Assembly (NCBI GenBank): GCA_032718475.1
Contig: JAUCBJ010004537.1
Location: forward strand, 62,001 to 126,000
Length of the DNA: 64,000 nucleotides
Origin: Nemertoderma westbladi
Lineage: Eukaryota > Animalia > Xenacoelomorpha
Direction: 5' to 3'
Shown: positions 24,071 through 37,473 of the stretch, piece after piece
Layout: every line of letters starts with the position of its first letter
Position numbering within the stretch: the stretch's first letter is position 1
Translations under genes and position numbers: made by a program
The notes under the pieces: generated by a model
Told to the model about the DNA's origin: nothing
Seen by the model: the letters and a program-made list of their open reading frames with translations, nothing else
The model's database searches: none

Positions 24071-25367
24071 TTTGTTGTGGATTGCATGGTGGTGACAAAA
24101 TGTTTTTGTTACTGGACTTTTTTTAATGTGCTTTTTTGGTTTTATTTAGTGTTCTAAAACATAGTTGAACCTGCCAACAATATTATGGTAGGGTGAATGC
24201 GGCAGACTTGACTTTAAGGGCAGATGCGTAGCGAGGGGGGAGGGGGGAACGTTCCCCCGGGCGAACTTACCCAGGGGCGATGAAATGTCAAGGAATTCTT
24301 GTAAAAATAGGACTTTTTTTGAATAACTCAAAATCTGTTGTAAATTATTTGACAATTTCACATAAAAATGTACAAATACTTGTAGGTTACACCTTCGCAT
24401 CAATGTTTTATTAGGCCTACCTTTTGGTTATTTTTTGTTTTATTACCAATAAAAGTTTTCTGGGTTCAAAAGTAAATTGTTACCCTTTAAAATGAATGAC
24501 AATTCGGACCCTTATTTTATTGCATGTTAATTGTAATTCCCCACATGCGGACATGTGTTGACTATTTATTGCAGCCGTTTTCCAATTATATCCTTAGTCC
24601 TATAGTCTTTGATTAAGACTAAGGAGACTTCCAACCCGGAGGTCAATGTAATTGCCGACATTGCAAAGCTGTGCCCAATAAAACTTATAACAACATGAAA
24701 CCACTCATTCGCCCAACACACCAATATCACTTAACTAGGCCTACCCCATTATGGATTTCTTGCTGTATTCCTACTTTATGTGCCTATCAGTTGTCAATGG
24801 TCTGCGACCGGCCTAATAGTCTACCTGCCAACTCCCTAAAATTATGTTTAGATGGCATTTTTTGTTAATGGTTGGCATGATGGTGGCATGATGGCATGGC
24901 TGATTTTTATACTTCAAAACATGGCGAATCCAGCTAGGCCGGATGCCACCCCTGCATTTTTGATTTAATGCCTTTTTTGGGCTTCGAAGGTTTTTTACTC
25001 AAAAATGGGTTTTTTCGATTTTAGGATACAAGTTCATGGTGAATGTTTGTAAATCTCGTCTCTTAACAAGTGTATAAATTGAAAGTTAATCAAAACACAA
25101 AACCCGCCTTGGCGAATTAATGTTAAATTCTCAATTTAGGGATAGGAGCAGGTTACAGTGGCACGTTATTTTAACCAAAACAATAAACTAAACACAATAG
25201 AACAGGTAACAGTTTTATTTTTGAGAATAACCAGCTGTTATTTGCGTCGAATTTCCCCTGGAGAGGGATCAATTTTGATTGCGTCGAAAGTGGGCCTGTG
25301 TCTGCGACATTAGACGCTGTTTGATTTTATATTGCCTTTGATGTGTTCCCAGGATGTTATTTAAATT

Positions 25368-26294
25368 AGGATAGTACTTAAAGTCATATCTGAACCCAAT
25401 CTGGACCCAATCTCGAGAATTATACCAAATCTGAACCCAATCTGAATCGAAAATGGAAAGAGGGGTGAAAATTATTAATTTTGCTTTAACAATTTAGAAA
25501 TTAAAAGAAATTTGACATATCTTTTTTCATATTTAAATTTGCGGGCAGCCGCAGCACTTCTGCTGTATTGGGGACTGCAGTTACTACTGTATTGTACTTC
25601 TGTGCAGTCGTTCAGTCAGCTCACCTCTATTGCGCTAGGCGGTATCCCAACTGACAACTACAGAACTACGGCTGTACAGTTTTCGTAGCAGTTCGGTTTC
25701 GGTCTAACGTTGGGTAGGCCTAGGGTAGGTTATTAGTGCCTGGTACCATATGTACAGTATATATGTAGAGACAGCTGGACAGATGTGGCGTAGGGAACGG
25801 TAGAGGCCAGAGGCACTAGTAACCTACCGTAGGCCTACCAAACGTTAGACCGAAACCGAACTGCTACGAACGAGCACCGTACAGTCGTAGTTCTGTAGTT
25901 GTCAGTTGGGATACTGTCAGATTGTTAATGCAAAAATTATTAATTTTTACCCCTCTTTCTATTTTCGATTCAGATTGGGTTGTACACCAAGGTTGTACAC
26001 CAAGGTTCCACCTTGGTGTAGTGGTTGCATTGAATTCACATCTCCCGTAGGTCGTGGGTTCTATCCTCACATGGCTCAGGGCAGTTTTCGTTCCGGCACG
26101 AATGCTTTAAAGGGACAAGCCAGGGCGCATCTCTGCCTTGCATCCTTAAGTGGTAGCTAAATGAGTACTGCGTCGTCAGACTTTGTGCGTAATCCCTGGC
26201 CTAGCGGCCGAAGAAAATTTACTTTTTTTTGGGTTCAGATTTGGTATAATTCTCGAGATTGGGTTCAGATATGATTTAAGTATTGTACTATCCT
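25368..26294. mobile_element. Kolobok-like MITE nested in the Academ-like element
   Basis: AGGATAGTAC...GTACTATCCT termini, TTAA on the right side, long internal inverted segments (25645-25715 vs 25835-25912). Confidence 0.65.
26005..26228 (+). mobile_element. tRNA-derived SINE with Nin/Deu-like central domain
   Basis: A box TGGTGTAGTGG, B box GGTTCTATCC (26057), then ctgccttgcatccttaagtggtagctaaatgagtac, resembling the Nin-domain core. Ends in a T-run. Confidence 0.65.
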
Positions 26295-26839
26295 TTAAGT
26301 TATGTGATGGTTTTTTTTAATTTTTTAAACTGTTTGTTGTTTTTCTCAGGAAAAGGAAAGGTGAGAAAAACAATTAATAAATTAAATTTCATAAATCTGT
26401 TGTTAAGGCGGTTACTAGGGCCGGGTTGCCGGACTGCAATGGAATTTCGGAAATTTTCTTCTTTACCAAAGTGTTTACTGTATAACAGTTTCAGGACAAT
26501 ATTAATGCATTTTTATTAACTTTCAATATATACAAGGGTTAAGAGACGAAATTCAATAACATTCACCATAAACTTGTATCCTAAAATCAAAAAACCCATT
26601 TTTGAGCAAAAACCTTTGAAGCCCAAAAAAAGGCATTAAATAAAAAATGCAGGGATGGCATCCGGCCTAGCTGGATTCGCCATGTCTTGAAGTACAAAAA
26701 TCAGGTGGATGCCAACCATTAACAAAAAATGCCATCTAAACTTAATTTTAGGGAGTTGGCAGGTAGACTACTAATATAAAGTCGTTTCAGAAGTAAAATA
26801 AATCACTCTGTATAAAATTTTTTGATGTCCGTCTGATTT

Positions 26840-26950
26840 CAATGCTATAGTTACCAATGCTATACAGTAGTTACCAATGCTATAGTTACAAATGCTATAG
26901 TTACCAATGCTATAGTTACCAATGCTATTATAGTAACCAATGCTATTATC
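26840..26950. repeat. 15-bp tandem repeat caatgctatagttac
   Basis: About 6 imperfect copies. Confidence 0.85.
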
Positions 26951-28219
26951 ACTCCAGTTATGAAGAAACCTTCTATCTACAATTAGTCAAACATTTTATT
27001 AAATGGAACAGCAGTGTAGTATGCAAATACTTTTTTATACAACAGTAGCTAATATTAGCTATTTAAAAAGGCTTAAGATTTCTATTACTTTTTACTGTTT
27101 GTGTAAAGTGTTCTAGAACATATTATAACAAATTTTAATATGTTCCAAAACAAGTCATAATTTATGTTGTAGAACTATTTTAAATATTTTTGATTTTTTA
27201 ACACTTTTTTTAGAGTTTAGTTAGTTTTCTAGCCATTACTTTTTCTGTTTCTGTAAAGTGTTCTGGAACATTTCATAATATATTTTTTGATAATATTCTA
27301 GAACAAATAATTTTTTTGTTCTAGAACATTTTTAAAGTGAAATTTTTGATTTTTCACACTTTTAAAGTATAATTAAAATATTGTATCTTAGCTAATATTC
27401 AAAAATTACAGTAGCTATAATTTTTTGTTTCTGAAACAAATGTACGCCTATTTTATATATGATTATTATAAATATGATATAATAGAGTGCCACCTGTGCA
27501 TAGAATAGCTAGACTTATTGTTTAGTCTAAAAATTAATATTGTTCTTTAATCGCGTTTATTATTTCCATGAACGGATTATTTGCTTTATTGCGCATCTGA
27601 CGTCGTCATGACGATAACCGATTATAATTTTGTAATAATCTTTATTTTTAAGTAATTATTCTAGAACATTTATTTTCTAAAAAATTGATCATTAAAATGT
27701 TCTAGAACAATGACTAACAGTTTTATAACACTTAATAAATGCTCTAGAAAACTTAATAAACAGGTAAAAGTAGCATGAAAATACGTTGAAAATATACGAA
27801 AATGCCGGCACGGGCGGAACTATTCCCTTTAAAATTAAAGGAAAATTTCCGTACATAGTTGTGTACCACCCACCCCCCATATTATTTTTAAGTAAAAGAT
27901 TAGTTCCTAGAACAAATATTTTTTGTTCTACAACATTAAAAAAATGTTATTTTGTGGTGTTTTTTATTTGATTAGTGAGTGTTAAAAACAATTACTAACA
28001 ACTACAAATTTTCACTGTAGCTAGTGATTTTTATTAAATATGTGATAATATGACATAGAATAAAGAATTAACAACTAGTTTTTTTGTTCTAGAACAAATA
28101 ATATTTGTTCCAGACCAAAATTTTTATATTAAATTAATTAATAGATAATATGCTCTAGAACATTTTTTTTAAAAGGAAACAAAAACTAGCTACTGTAGTT
28201 AAAAAAAATTCATACAAGG

Positions 28220-28495
28220 ATAATATATTTGGAATCCTTGCATGATCAGCTTTCCATCGGTACCAGTGGTTGTGGGACTGGTGCAATATCGACGGCAACA
28301 CCTTTTTTTAAATGCTTGTAGCTAAATAATGAAAGCAAAATTAAAAATTCTGGCTCACCCATCCAGGAGGAGTTGAGTGAAACTATCTCTGTTTCAAATT
28401 TCATGCAATCTCATTAAGATTTGTAGAAAAATTTGTGTGGGGGGGGGGGGGTCCATGTACCAGAATAACGACACTATATTCCAGGACATGGTGGT
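28220..28495. mobile_element. One arm of the TA|CACCATG MITE family
   Basis: Shares aaaattctggctcaccc...gtgaaactatctct...ctatattccaggacatggtg with 30270-30540 and 57662-57963. Confidence 0.7.
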
Positions 28496-29702
28496 AGCAA
28501 ATACTGTACAAGCTCAGTAGCTATTGTTGTAGAAACAAAATTTGTGGGGGGCCGTACTAATACTGCTCTTTGGCCCTTATTAATAATTATTAACGTAATG
28601 TATCTTTGATATTGTACAGTATGTAGTCGGTATTTTGGGTTCCTTTAGATTCAACTTACTGATAACAACAATCTGATGCAGTGGCAATTCGAATGTAGGC
28701 CTACAGTATTTGTGTGCGCCTACATATTAAAGTGTTTATAATAATTAACATGTAATACGTTCATGTTACAAGATTGTTCTAGAAAGTTTGTGTTCATGTT
28801 ACAAGATTGTTCTAGAAAGTTTAAGTTACAAATAATTCGACGCAAATAAATGAAATTAGATTCGCCATTGTTCAGAATTAGCATTTTATAACTATTTACA
28901 TATCATTGTGTGCCAAAGTAGCACTTTGCAACGTTATGACCCGAGTTTATTTATGAACCGAGCGAGCGCAGCGAGGAAGTTTTACATAAATAAACAAGGG
29001 TCTTTAACGCTGAAAAGTGACCTTTGCAAGTAATGATGTATGTAATTTGGTTACATTATGTCAACTTATCAGCGTTCGGTATGTGAAGAAAGGATTTTGT
29101 GGATCCTCATTTATACATTTTAATCATGTACTATATCGAATATAAGTGAAATTTATTAACAGGTACACCGTTTTAATTATTCTTTTAAATCTAATTAAAG
29201 TTTATTGGAAGTTATCTCATGCATGGATGTGATAAATCTTTGATCCATCGTCGACTGAAGCAAACTTAGTCACCGTCTGTGTCCGTTCAGTTTTATTGAA
29301 CACTGTCGCCATTTTCTTTGCTCATTTTCTCTAAAGTGTTTCTATTGAACGTTTCGACATAATGGATTACAGTACACGTTAAACAATTATTTATATAGAG
29401 TGATACAGTAGCTAGTCCCGTCACTGCAAACTGGATAATAAAGCAGCAATCATTAACATAAATGGAGATAATACATTCTGGAATACGGTAATTGGAGTTG
29501 TTTTCATGTCATTGATTACTTTGCAGCGTTCCGTCCTATAGGCCGCAACGCTGCAAAGTAGTACTTTGCAGCGTTACGAGTAATTCACCAGAACGCTGTT
29601 TAAGTTGACATATGTAATGTAACAAATGTTTCAACCGCCCTCGTTTTGGTATTTCCCCCGCTGTCGTTCGGGAAACCAAATCATTCGTGCCGTACCGCTA
29701 TA

Positions 29703-30540
29703 CACTATGTCCTGGAATATAGTGTCGCCCCCCCCCCCCCAAATTTTTTTACAAATCGTAATGAGATTGCATGAAATTTGAAACAGAGATAGTTTCACCT
29801 CCCTCCTCCTCCGTGGGTGAGCCAGAATTTTTATTTTTGCTTTCAATCTTTTGCTACAAGCGTTTAATAAAGGTGTCTCCGGTGATATTTCACCAGTTAC
29901 TCTCCAGTTATTCTTCAACCTTATAGTGATTTGTTGGCACTGATGGAAAGCTGGCCATGTAAGGATTCCAAATATGTAACATAATCTAAATTTCGTTGAA
30001 CACTAGCTGAGATATGATATGAGCGTTCAAAAGTTGCATGGTTTTGCATCTGCATGAGGCTATTTTATTCTATTAAATAAAAATACCATATTCTACAGTA
30101 GAACATTTTGTTTATTTATGAATAGCTACGTAATAGTATAATTAAAGAGGCATTGCATTTTTGCCCAGCTACGTATGGAATAAACAAAATGTTCTAGAAC
30201 ATTGTGTATTTGTTAAATAGAATAAATGGCCTGCTCGGCTATTTCCCAACCAAATTCAAATATTTTTACATATTTGGAATCCTTGCATGCGCAGCTTTCT
30301 ATTGGTACCACCAAATCACTATAAGGTTGAAGAATGATTGCACTGTGACCTGTGAAATATCGCCGGAGACACATTTGTCAAACACTTGTAGCTAAAGATT
30401 GAAAGCAAAAATAAAAATTCTGGCTCACCCACGGAGGAGGAGGGAGGTGAAACTATTATTCCAAATTTCATGCAATCTCATTAAGATTTGTAGAAAAAAA
30501 ATGGTACCTGAATAACGATACTATATTCCAGGACGTGGTG
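29703..30540. mobile_element. Complete MITE with CAC termini and TA TSD
   Basis: TA|cactatgtcctggaatatagtgtc ... gatactatattccaggacgtggtg|TA, with ~280-bp inverted arms. Confidence 0.8.
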
Positions 30541-30687
30541 TAAATGAAAAAAATGATTATGAACAATGACTTAGCAATGATGTACAGTATGTAATTTTGT
30601 TACATTATGTCAACTTAGCAGCGTTCGGTATGTGAAGAAAGGATTTTATGGATGCTCATTTAAATATTTTAATCATGTACTACAGTA

Positions 30688-32212
30688 CACCATGACCCGT
30701 AATATAGTGTCATTTTCTGATGACACGGACCCCCCCCCCCCCAGATTTTTCTACAAATCTTTATCATATTGCTTGAAATTTGAAATACCACTAGTTCCAC
30801 TCACCGTCGATGACCCCATGAAGCCGGAATTTGCCTACGGTACGGGTGGACCCCAGCAAAACTTCCCACAACATGTGTCTGTGGTGCTTTCTTCACTGTG
30901 TCTCATTCGCTACACTGCCCCACAGGTGGATTTCCAAACTTGAGACACGAGATCTGCTAGCTGAAATCCTCTCGGAAATTTCTAAAGATGTTGAGTTGGA
31001 ACCACATCTTCAGAAAGTGGAACAGGAACAATTCAGCTTGCTCAGCACCACAAGGGAGGATGATGTTCTCTTGGACGTTGCAGCCTCGGGTGTATGGGGA
31101 GGTACTTTTGAGCGAACTTACGTAGACGTGAAGGTCTTTGAATCCTGTGAATCCTCATTGCGACTCCAATCCAAGGTCAATTGATGCTGCATACAATATG
31201 CACGAGAATGCAAAGAGACGGAAGTACGAGGAGCGAATCAATATGGTTGAACATGCAGGCTTCTGCCCTTTTGTAGCTGCAGCAAGTGGAGGTCTAAGTA
31301 GATCGGCCAATGCGCTCATAAATCGCATGTCCTTGCTTCTGTCTGCAAAGCGTGATACCCCTTACTCCATAATGGTAGCGCTCCTACGAGTAAAGATGTG
31401 TTTTGCCCTTCTGAGATCGTCCGTGATGTGTCTACGTGGTTCAAGGAGCCACAGAAAGGCTGCTGGTAAAGCCACCAAAGCAATCGCTGAAACAGGTTTT
31501 ATATCTCTTTCAACCAGTTCCGGTATCTAAATAATAATAACATGCAAATTAGAAACTCTCAAAATATTAAATACGTAATTAATGTTGATTTATAATTTAG
31601 TATTATAAACTATTGTTGTTGTGATACGTGTTCTAATATTAATGTAATATATAATAAAAAAAAAGTGAATTTGCAGCGCTATTTATTCTATTTAATAAAT
31701 ACACAAAATTCTAGAATGTGTTATTTATTTTATAAGTTGGTTGGCAACAGCGGTATTCCTATCCAATATATATATTGCATAGCTATTCATACTTAAACAA
31801 AATGTTCCAGAATATCGTGTATTTATTAAATGGAATAAATGGCCTTCAGCGAACGATACTTCTTGCAATCTTTGAATACCTATATCTCAGTTGTTTCTCA
31901 ACGACATTCAGATATTGTTACATATTTGGAATCCTTGCAACGCAAGCTTTTTAATGATATGAAAAAATTACGACTAATGTGAAGAATGGCCACGATATGG
32001 AGGGTGCGATTTCGCAACACTTTTTTTAAAACGCTTATAAAAAAAATTTAAAGGCAAAATCGAAAATTCCGGCTTCATGGGGTCATCGACGGTGAGTGGA
32101 ACTAGTGGTGTTTCAAATTTCAAGCAATATGATAAAGATTTGTAGAAAAATCTGGGGGGGGGGGGGGGGTCCGTGTCATCAGAAAATGACACTATATTAC
32201 GGGACATTGGTG
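30688..32212. mobile_element. Related CAC-terminus MITE carrying a LINE insertion
   Basis: TA|caccatgacccgtaatatagtgtcattttctgatg ... catcagaaaatgacactatattacgggacattggtg|TA. The flanks rejoin to match 29040-29168. Confidence 0.8.
30835..31666 (+). mobile_element. 5'-truncated CRE/SLACS-like non-LTR retrotransposon (restriction-like endonuclease C-terminus)
   Basis: RDLLAEILSE...VELEPHLQ, LDVAASGVWG...YVDVKVF, HENAKRRKYEERI..VEHAGFCPFV...GG, ALLRSSVMCLRGSRS. A-tail at ~31656-31664. Candidate TSD gaatttgc at 30827 and 31667. Confidence 0.8.
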
Positions 32213-32261
32213 TATATCGAATATAAGTGAAATTTATTAACAGGTACACAGTATTAATTAA

Positions 32262-33258
32262 TAGTCGAGTCAATCTAGCAAAAAACCCATAAGTATTTCG
32301 CAATCAATCCGAACCACACATTTTGGATTCTATATTACCTTATTAATGACCAAAAAAAATCTATAAAATTTTATTTTGCGGATCATATGTTTATTCAAGG
32401 AAATTCTGCGTAAATGTGCATAACACAAGCCAAACAAAAGGAACAGTAGGGAAAAGTAAGTAGCAAATTGGTGATGTTCCAGAATAATTTAATTAATTTC
32501 ACAATAAGCTGTGATTCAATGTGAAATTAGTAATATTTACACTGGCGTGTTACACATTAATTGTTATATCTCGGAAACTAGAAGTCGCATCAAATTTTTA
32601 AATATATTAAAAACTTCACGATATATTAAGGAAACCGTTGTAAAAAAATTATACAATTCCACTGCAAGGAAATTTCATAATTTCCATTAATGTTAGTGAA
32701 GATTTTTCCCATAATTTAATTGTGATTGCTCTATTGATTTTAGGTGTAATTTATTTATTTGTTTTAGTGGGAAAACCACAATAGTTTATCATATAACAAA
32801 TAAATTTTCTGGGGATAAGGGTTTTTGAGGTCGATAAATCCGATGGGCGAGGTTACATCCACCCGTTTAGTAGAGAAGTTGTGTAAATAAATAAGCTCTC
32901 TATATTGTACCAGCAAAATTGGTATTAAAAATGGTTAAATTATTAGACCAATTTCCGTTGCTCTGGAAACTAAATTGGTAACTATCTAGAAGTGCATACT
33001 TCTGTCAATCGATAGTCATTAGAGTAAAGTTTGTCTGTACCAAATTTGGAGAAAATCCCACCAATAGACCCCTTGTTGCTATGTAAAATCCATGTTGCTA
33101 AGGAAAGAAACAGGAAATTGAAGGTGATCCGCATAATATATTTTTATAGACTTTTTGGGGGTATTAACAAGGTAATGTAGAATACAAAAAACTTGGTTTG
33201 AATGAATTGCGAATTTGTTATGGGTTGACACCCTTTTTCGGCTAGATTGACTCGCCTA
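32262..33258. mobile_element. Academ-like non-autonomous element
   Basis: TAGTCGAGTCAATCTAGC ... GCTAGATTGACTCGCCTA with 3-bp TSD TAA. The host repeat resumes after it (33270-33610 matches 29190-29515). Confidence 0.7.
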
Positions 33259-33811
33259 TAAACATTTATATCTAATTAAAGTCTCTTGTTATCTCCTGCA
33301 TGAATGTGATAAATCTTTTCCATCGTTGACAGAAGCAAAAACTGAGTCACTGTCTGCGTCCGTTCAGTTTTACTGAACATGAACATATTGTCTTTGTTCA
33401 TTTTCTCAAAATGTATTCTATAGGACGTATGGACTACAGTTTTACACGTTAAACAATTATTTACATACAGTAGCTAGTCCCGTCACTTCAAACTGGACGC
33501 ACACATTATGCAGCAAACACGTGCTGCTTTATTGAAAAAAGGGACACCATTAATATAAATGGAAATAATACATTCTGGAACACGGTAATTGAAGTTGTTT
33601 CCATGCCATTTAAACTTTCTAGAACAACGTAATAATAAGCGGTGACATACAGGATATACTAGAAATACATAGTAAAATGTATGGCGTAGGGACATACTGC
33701 CAAATAATGTCGCACTGCGATATAAAACTGGAAAATATATCGCCCTGGTGATTTGGTAGTGCGAAATTAATTATTAAATTAATTCCATACAAATAAATAA
33801 AATAACATATT

Positions 33812-33945
33812 ATATTGTGTATAATGTACCCTTATCTCACTTCGGTCCCTCGTTTCAATATTTCACTCACTCGCTCCGCTCGTTCGTGTAAATATAACAC
33901 TCGGGACCGGTGTGAGATAAAGTCCTACATTATACGTTAGGATAA
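33812..33945. repeat. Hairpin-forming interspersed repeat
   Basis: tataatgta..ttatctcac..cggtccc .. gggaccg..gtgagataa..tacattata around a ttcactcactcgctccgctcgttcgtg core. A similar core occurs at ~20970 and, inverted, at ~28960. Confidence 0.65.
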
Positions 33946-36027
33946 TAATATAATTGCACACATTTATGTGATGTTATAAATTTTGGTGAGGAATAGCTGA
34001 GATACGGGAGTTCTAAAGGTTTTGCATCAACAGGAGGCCATTATATTCAATGAATGGAAAGGTAACCGGTGGAAAGAGAAACGAGAAACTCAATGTTCCG
34101 ATTTAAAGAACTAATAACTCACGTCTGGGAGTTCCAATTACAGCGAATTCAATCCTCTGTAATAAATTCATAGAAAAAATAACTAAAATTAAACGGAAAA
34201 TATAATTTAAAAAAAAAACGAAAACGAAACGGAAAATTCGATTTGTAAAATATAACAAATTTATGAATTGAGATTAGATTAATTTCGTTTAGTTATTATC
34301 ACTTTGAAGGATTGAACATTTTTTGGCAAAATGTAATACTGAACCTACATTTGGTTATTCTTCGGTATATATATATTATTAATGATAGTAGAACGACAAA
34401 ATAAAGTTGAATATAAAAAAAACCGTAAATAGTTATTATTATTATTATTATTTATTATGAGTGATGGACGAATTTACTCACTATATACTAATAAATTATT
34501 AAATATTCTAACGGTTTGCTACAGTCAAATTTTAAACAGTTAATTGTATATATATATATATAATAACATATATTCAAACAGGAAGATGTGACAATAATTG
34601 ATAGCAGAACACGCACCTACCATAGTTCTATATATTAGTCTAAAACGTAATACGCACCAATTAAACAAAGATAAAATTACACAAGTGAATGGCTAAACAA
34701 AATGTGCCCTGGTTATGCCTATTACAATAATTAATGTAATTGGACTACAAGTAAAGTATGTACCGGTACATTACATTTACTAACGAGAATAACAAAAAAT
34801 ACTTTGTATTAAATGACTGGGAAATTGAATACAGTAGTGACTAGAACTGTAGAATTACCAACGTTAGTTTGTCAAATATATAAACCATGTGGGGTGATGG
34901 GCGTTAAAATGTTCAGCGTTGTGAAAACTTATTGACTATATAGGCCTATACGTACATATCACGCAAATGAAAGCGAATAAGCACGTGGAAATAAATTTAT
35001 TTACGCGCTAAGTGTGAACATTTTGGCGGACATTTAACATTCAAGCAAAATTAAATATATCCAAAAGTATCCAAAAATCACAATAAATGCAACAGTAAAT
35101 GTCATGTAATGCAACCCAATTCTGGAAGATAAAGATCCATAAGTCAGTTGTCGGATTTTTATTCTTTATTAAGTTATTACAGGCAGCAAAGTGGGGAAAT
35201 ACATCGATATATATATGATACAAATCTGAGTATAGAAAATGTAATGCTACATCTGGCACAAATATAAATTAAATACCAACTCGAACGTATACAAGATGCT
35301 ATACTTTATTCACCGAGAAATTGACTGGACAAATATGTATCCAGCGGTAGGCCTATTAACAATCCCAATGATGTAACTGATTACTCCACGCCACGGAAAA
35401 TGGCAGGGCTAATTATATAATTTCCAATTAACAATAATCTGATATGACTTATGAAATTGCATTACTGCCAATTATACGATCTGTCATTTATTATGTAAAC
35501 GTAAAATAATAACAATAATTGGGATTAAACCGGGGCAAAAATGGGATATCCAAGAATCAACCAAGAATGGATACAAGTATTAGTTTACTTTGCTGCTACG
35601 TACTATCTAACTTCCAACAATTCTTAATTCAGCATCAGCCAGTCAGCAATGGCGGACACCAGTGAATATAACATAGATATATCGTGTTGCGACTTGCGAA
35701 TATGGCGTAGGCCTACTTAGAATAGGCCTACCTGATACATGTATAAACTTGTATTGTACAGTACACATAACAGTCACAGTGAAGACCGCTAAATTAAATG
35801 ATCCAGGTTGACGTCACTGGTAAATTACAAATCACTTTGAGTGAAACAATTTATACGGGGGGCCCAGAATAAAAATCAAAATATACAAATACAGTTAGGG
35901 CTACTGCAATAACACATTCTGAAAAATCACATAATAATATTATTAGAAGTCAGAAGATATTTATGATTATCTGTCTGTACCGTACCGGTACGGAACACCC
36001 CTTAATCATTATTATAACGATTAGCGA

Positions 36028-36306
36028 TTACGTTATATATTGTTGTCGAATACGATTGATCCTCATCTGCCATACAGAGAACACTAATGTGAGCAAATAC
36101 AGGGCTGCGGCAATGAAACAGTTGGATGAAGACTGGTTAAACATTGCAAATACGTTGTCCTCCGTAAAATCCGACGGTTCTGCTATATCGTCCCCTAATA
36201 TTGGTGAGTGGATTCGATAAAATATCCCCAGAAGAACTAACAATATTAGACCCCAAAGGCTTAACACCATACAACAAGATGACATTTTTGGACCAAGGAT
36301 CTTCAT
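36028..36306 (-). CDS. RNASEK: Ribonuclease kappa / V-ATPase subunit f
   Basis: 92 aa: GPK.S.CC.VLS.WG.I.L.LLGIF...HSP.L..D ... NCFIAAALY with two hydrophobic segments, matching the family pattern. Confidence 0.93.
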   Translation of the reverse strand: MKILGPKMSSCCMVLSLWGLILLVLLGIFYRIHSPILGDDIAEPSDFTEDNVFAMFNQSSSNCFIAAALYLLTLVFSVWQMRINRIRQQYIT

Positions 36307-37473
36307 TTTCGCAGATTACCTGGATCAGTGAGAGTGTAACGACTAACGACAACGAGTAACAAAACGACAGTAACTTGTAACTGGCTGGCTGGCAACGGCA
36401 AATATACAGACCGACAATATATACAATATACTGAAATAACGGCAGAACGGTTGCGCCTAATGACACAATGTGCAATGCAGCAATGAGATCGGCCTATCAA
36501 TAATACAGTAATACTGCAATATCTGAAATCTGAATAGGCCCTATATCAGTCAGCCAGTACCGGTATACCTCTGTCTGTCTGTACTGCTGTACCTGTCAGT
36601 CACCTGTATACAATCAGACAGTACCGTACAACAGTCTGACAGTAGGCCTGCACAGTGTGCCGCAGTGGGCCTATGCAACGCACAGAATTCAGGAATCAAT
36701 ACTGCAGTATGCAGTACTGCAGTACGGTACAGCAATAGCTAAATAGTGTAAACAAGGAACTGCAGAACTGCCTGAACTGGTGAATGGTACCCGACAGGTA
36801 TTAACATCAACAATTTGGGGTTTCACTTTTCAACGTATGCCGTACGTATCCACGTATGTGCGTACGTATCCACGTATCTATACATTACATTGAGCGATTT
36901 GGCATACGCGTATGCATACGCGTAGACGAATACTATTTCCTGATTGGTCCAGATGATTATTGTCAAGCCAACAGTGTCTCTGTAGCTGAGGCCTATTACT
37001 GTATTATTAGAAGACCGTAAGGGCTTCTTGCTGTCAAAAATAAAAGTCTGTGTGTGTGGGGGGTGTTTATGTGTGTGTTTGTCTGTATGTACTGTATGTT
37101 TGTGCACATTGATATTGGCTTGGAAGGGTAAGAAGTGCTCTACTTCATGGCCAACAATACAAAGAAACGTATCGATTATTTGGGTTCTTATTTCGTTTAT
37201 TAATTATTTAAGCGGCTAAAATTAAGCTCTTGCTGTATAAAAATAGTACAGGTCAATTCGCCGTGTCCCATTCTCACAAAGTTTTTATTTTATTCGAGTG
37301 TTTAATATAAAGATGTATGATTATTTATTGATTGAAAATTAAATAGTGTATAAAAATGTCCTATTCCCTCACGCAGCCTGAACTTTGCCTATGGTAGCGA
37401 ATAGGGAAGGATTTTCTCTGTATCATACTGTAGCAACTTTGTATAATTATTTAACTCTAGCTAGCTGGAAAGA

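Larger units (their letters stand above)
24817..26770. mobile_element. Academ-like MITE with ~270-bp TIRs
   Basis: TAGTCTACCTGCCAACTCCCTAAAATT ... AATTTTAGGGAGTTGGCAGGTAGACTA, with 4-bp TSD CTAA at 24813-24816 and 26771-26774. Confidence 0.8.
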
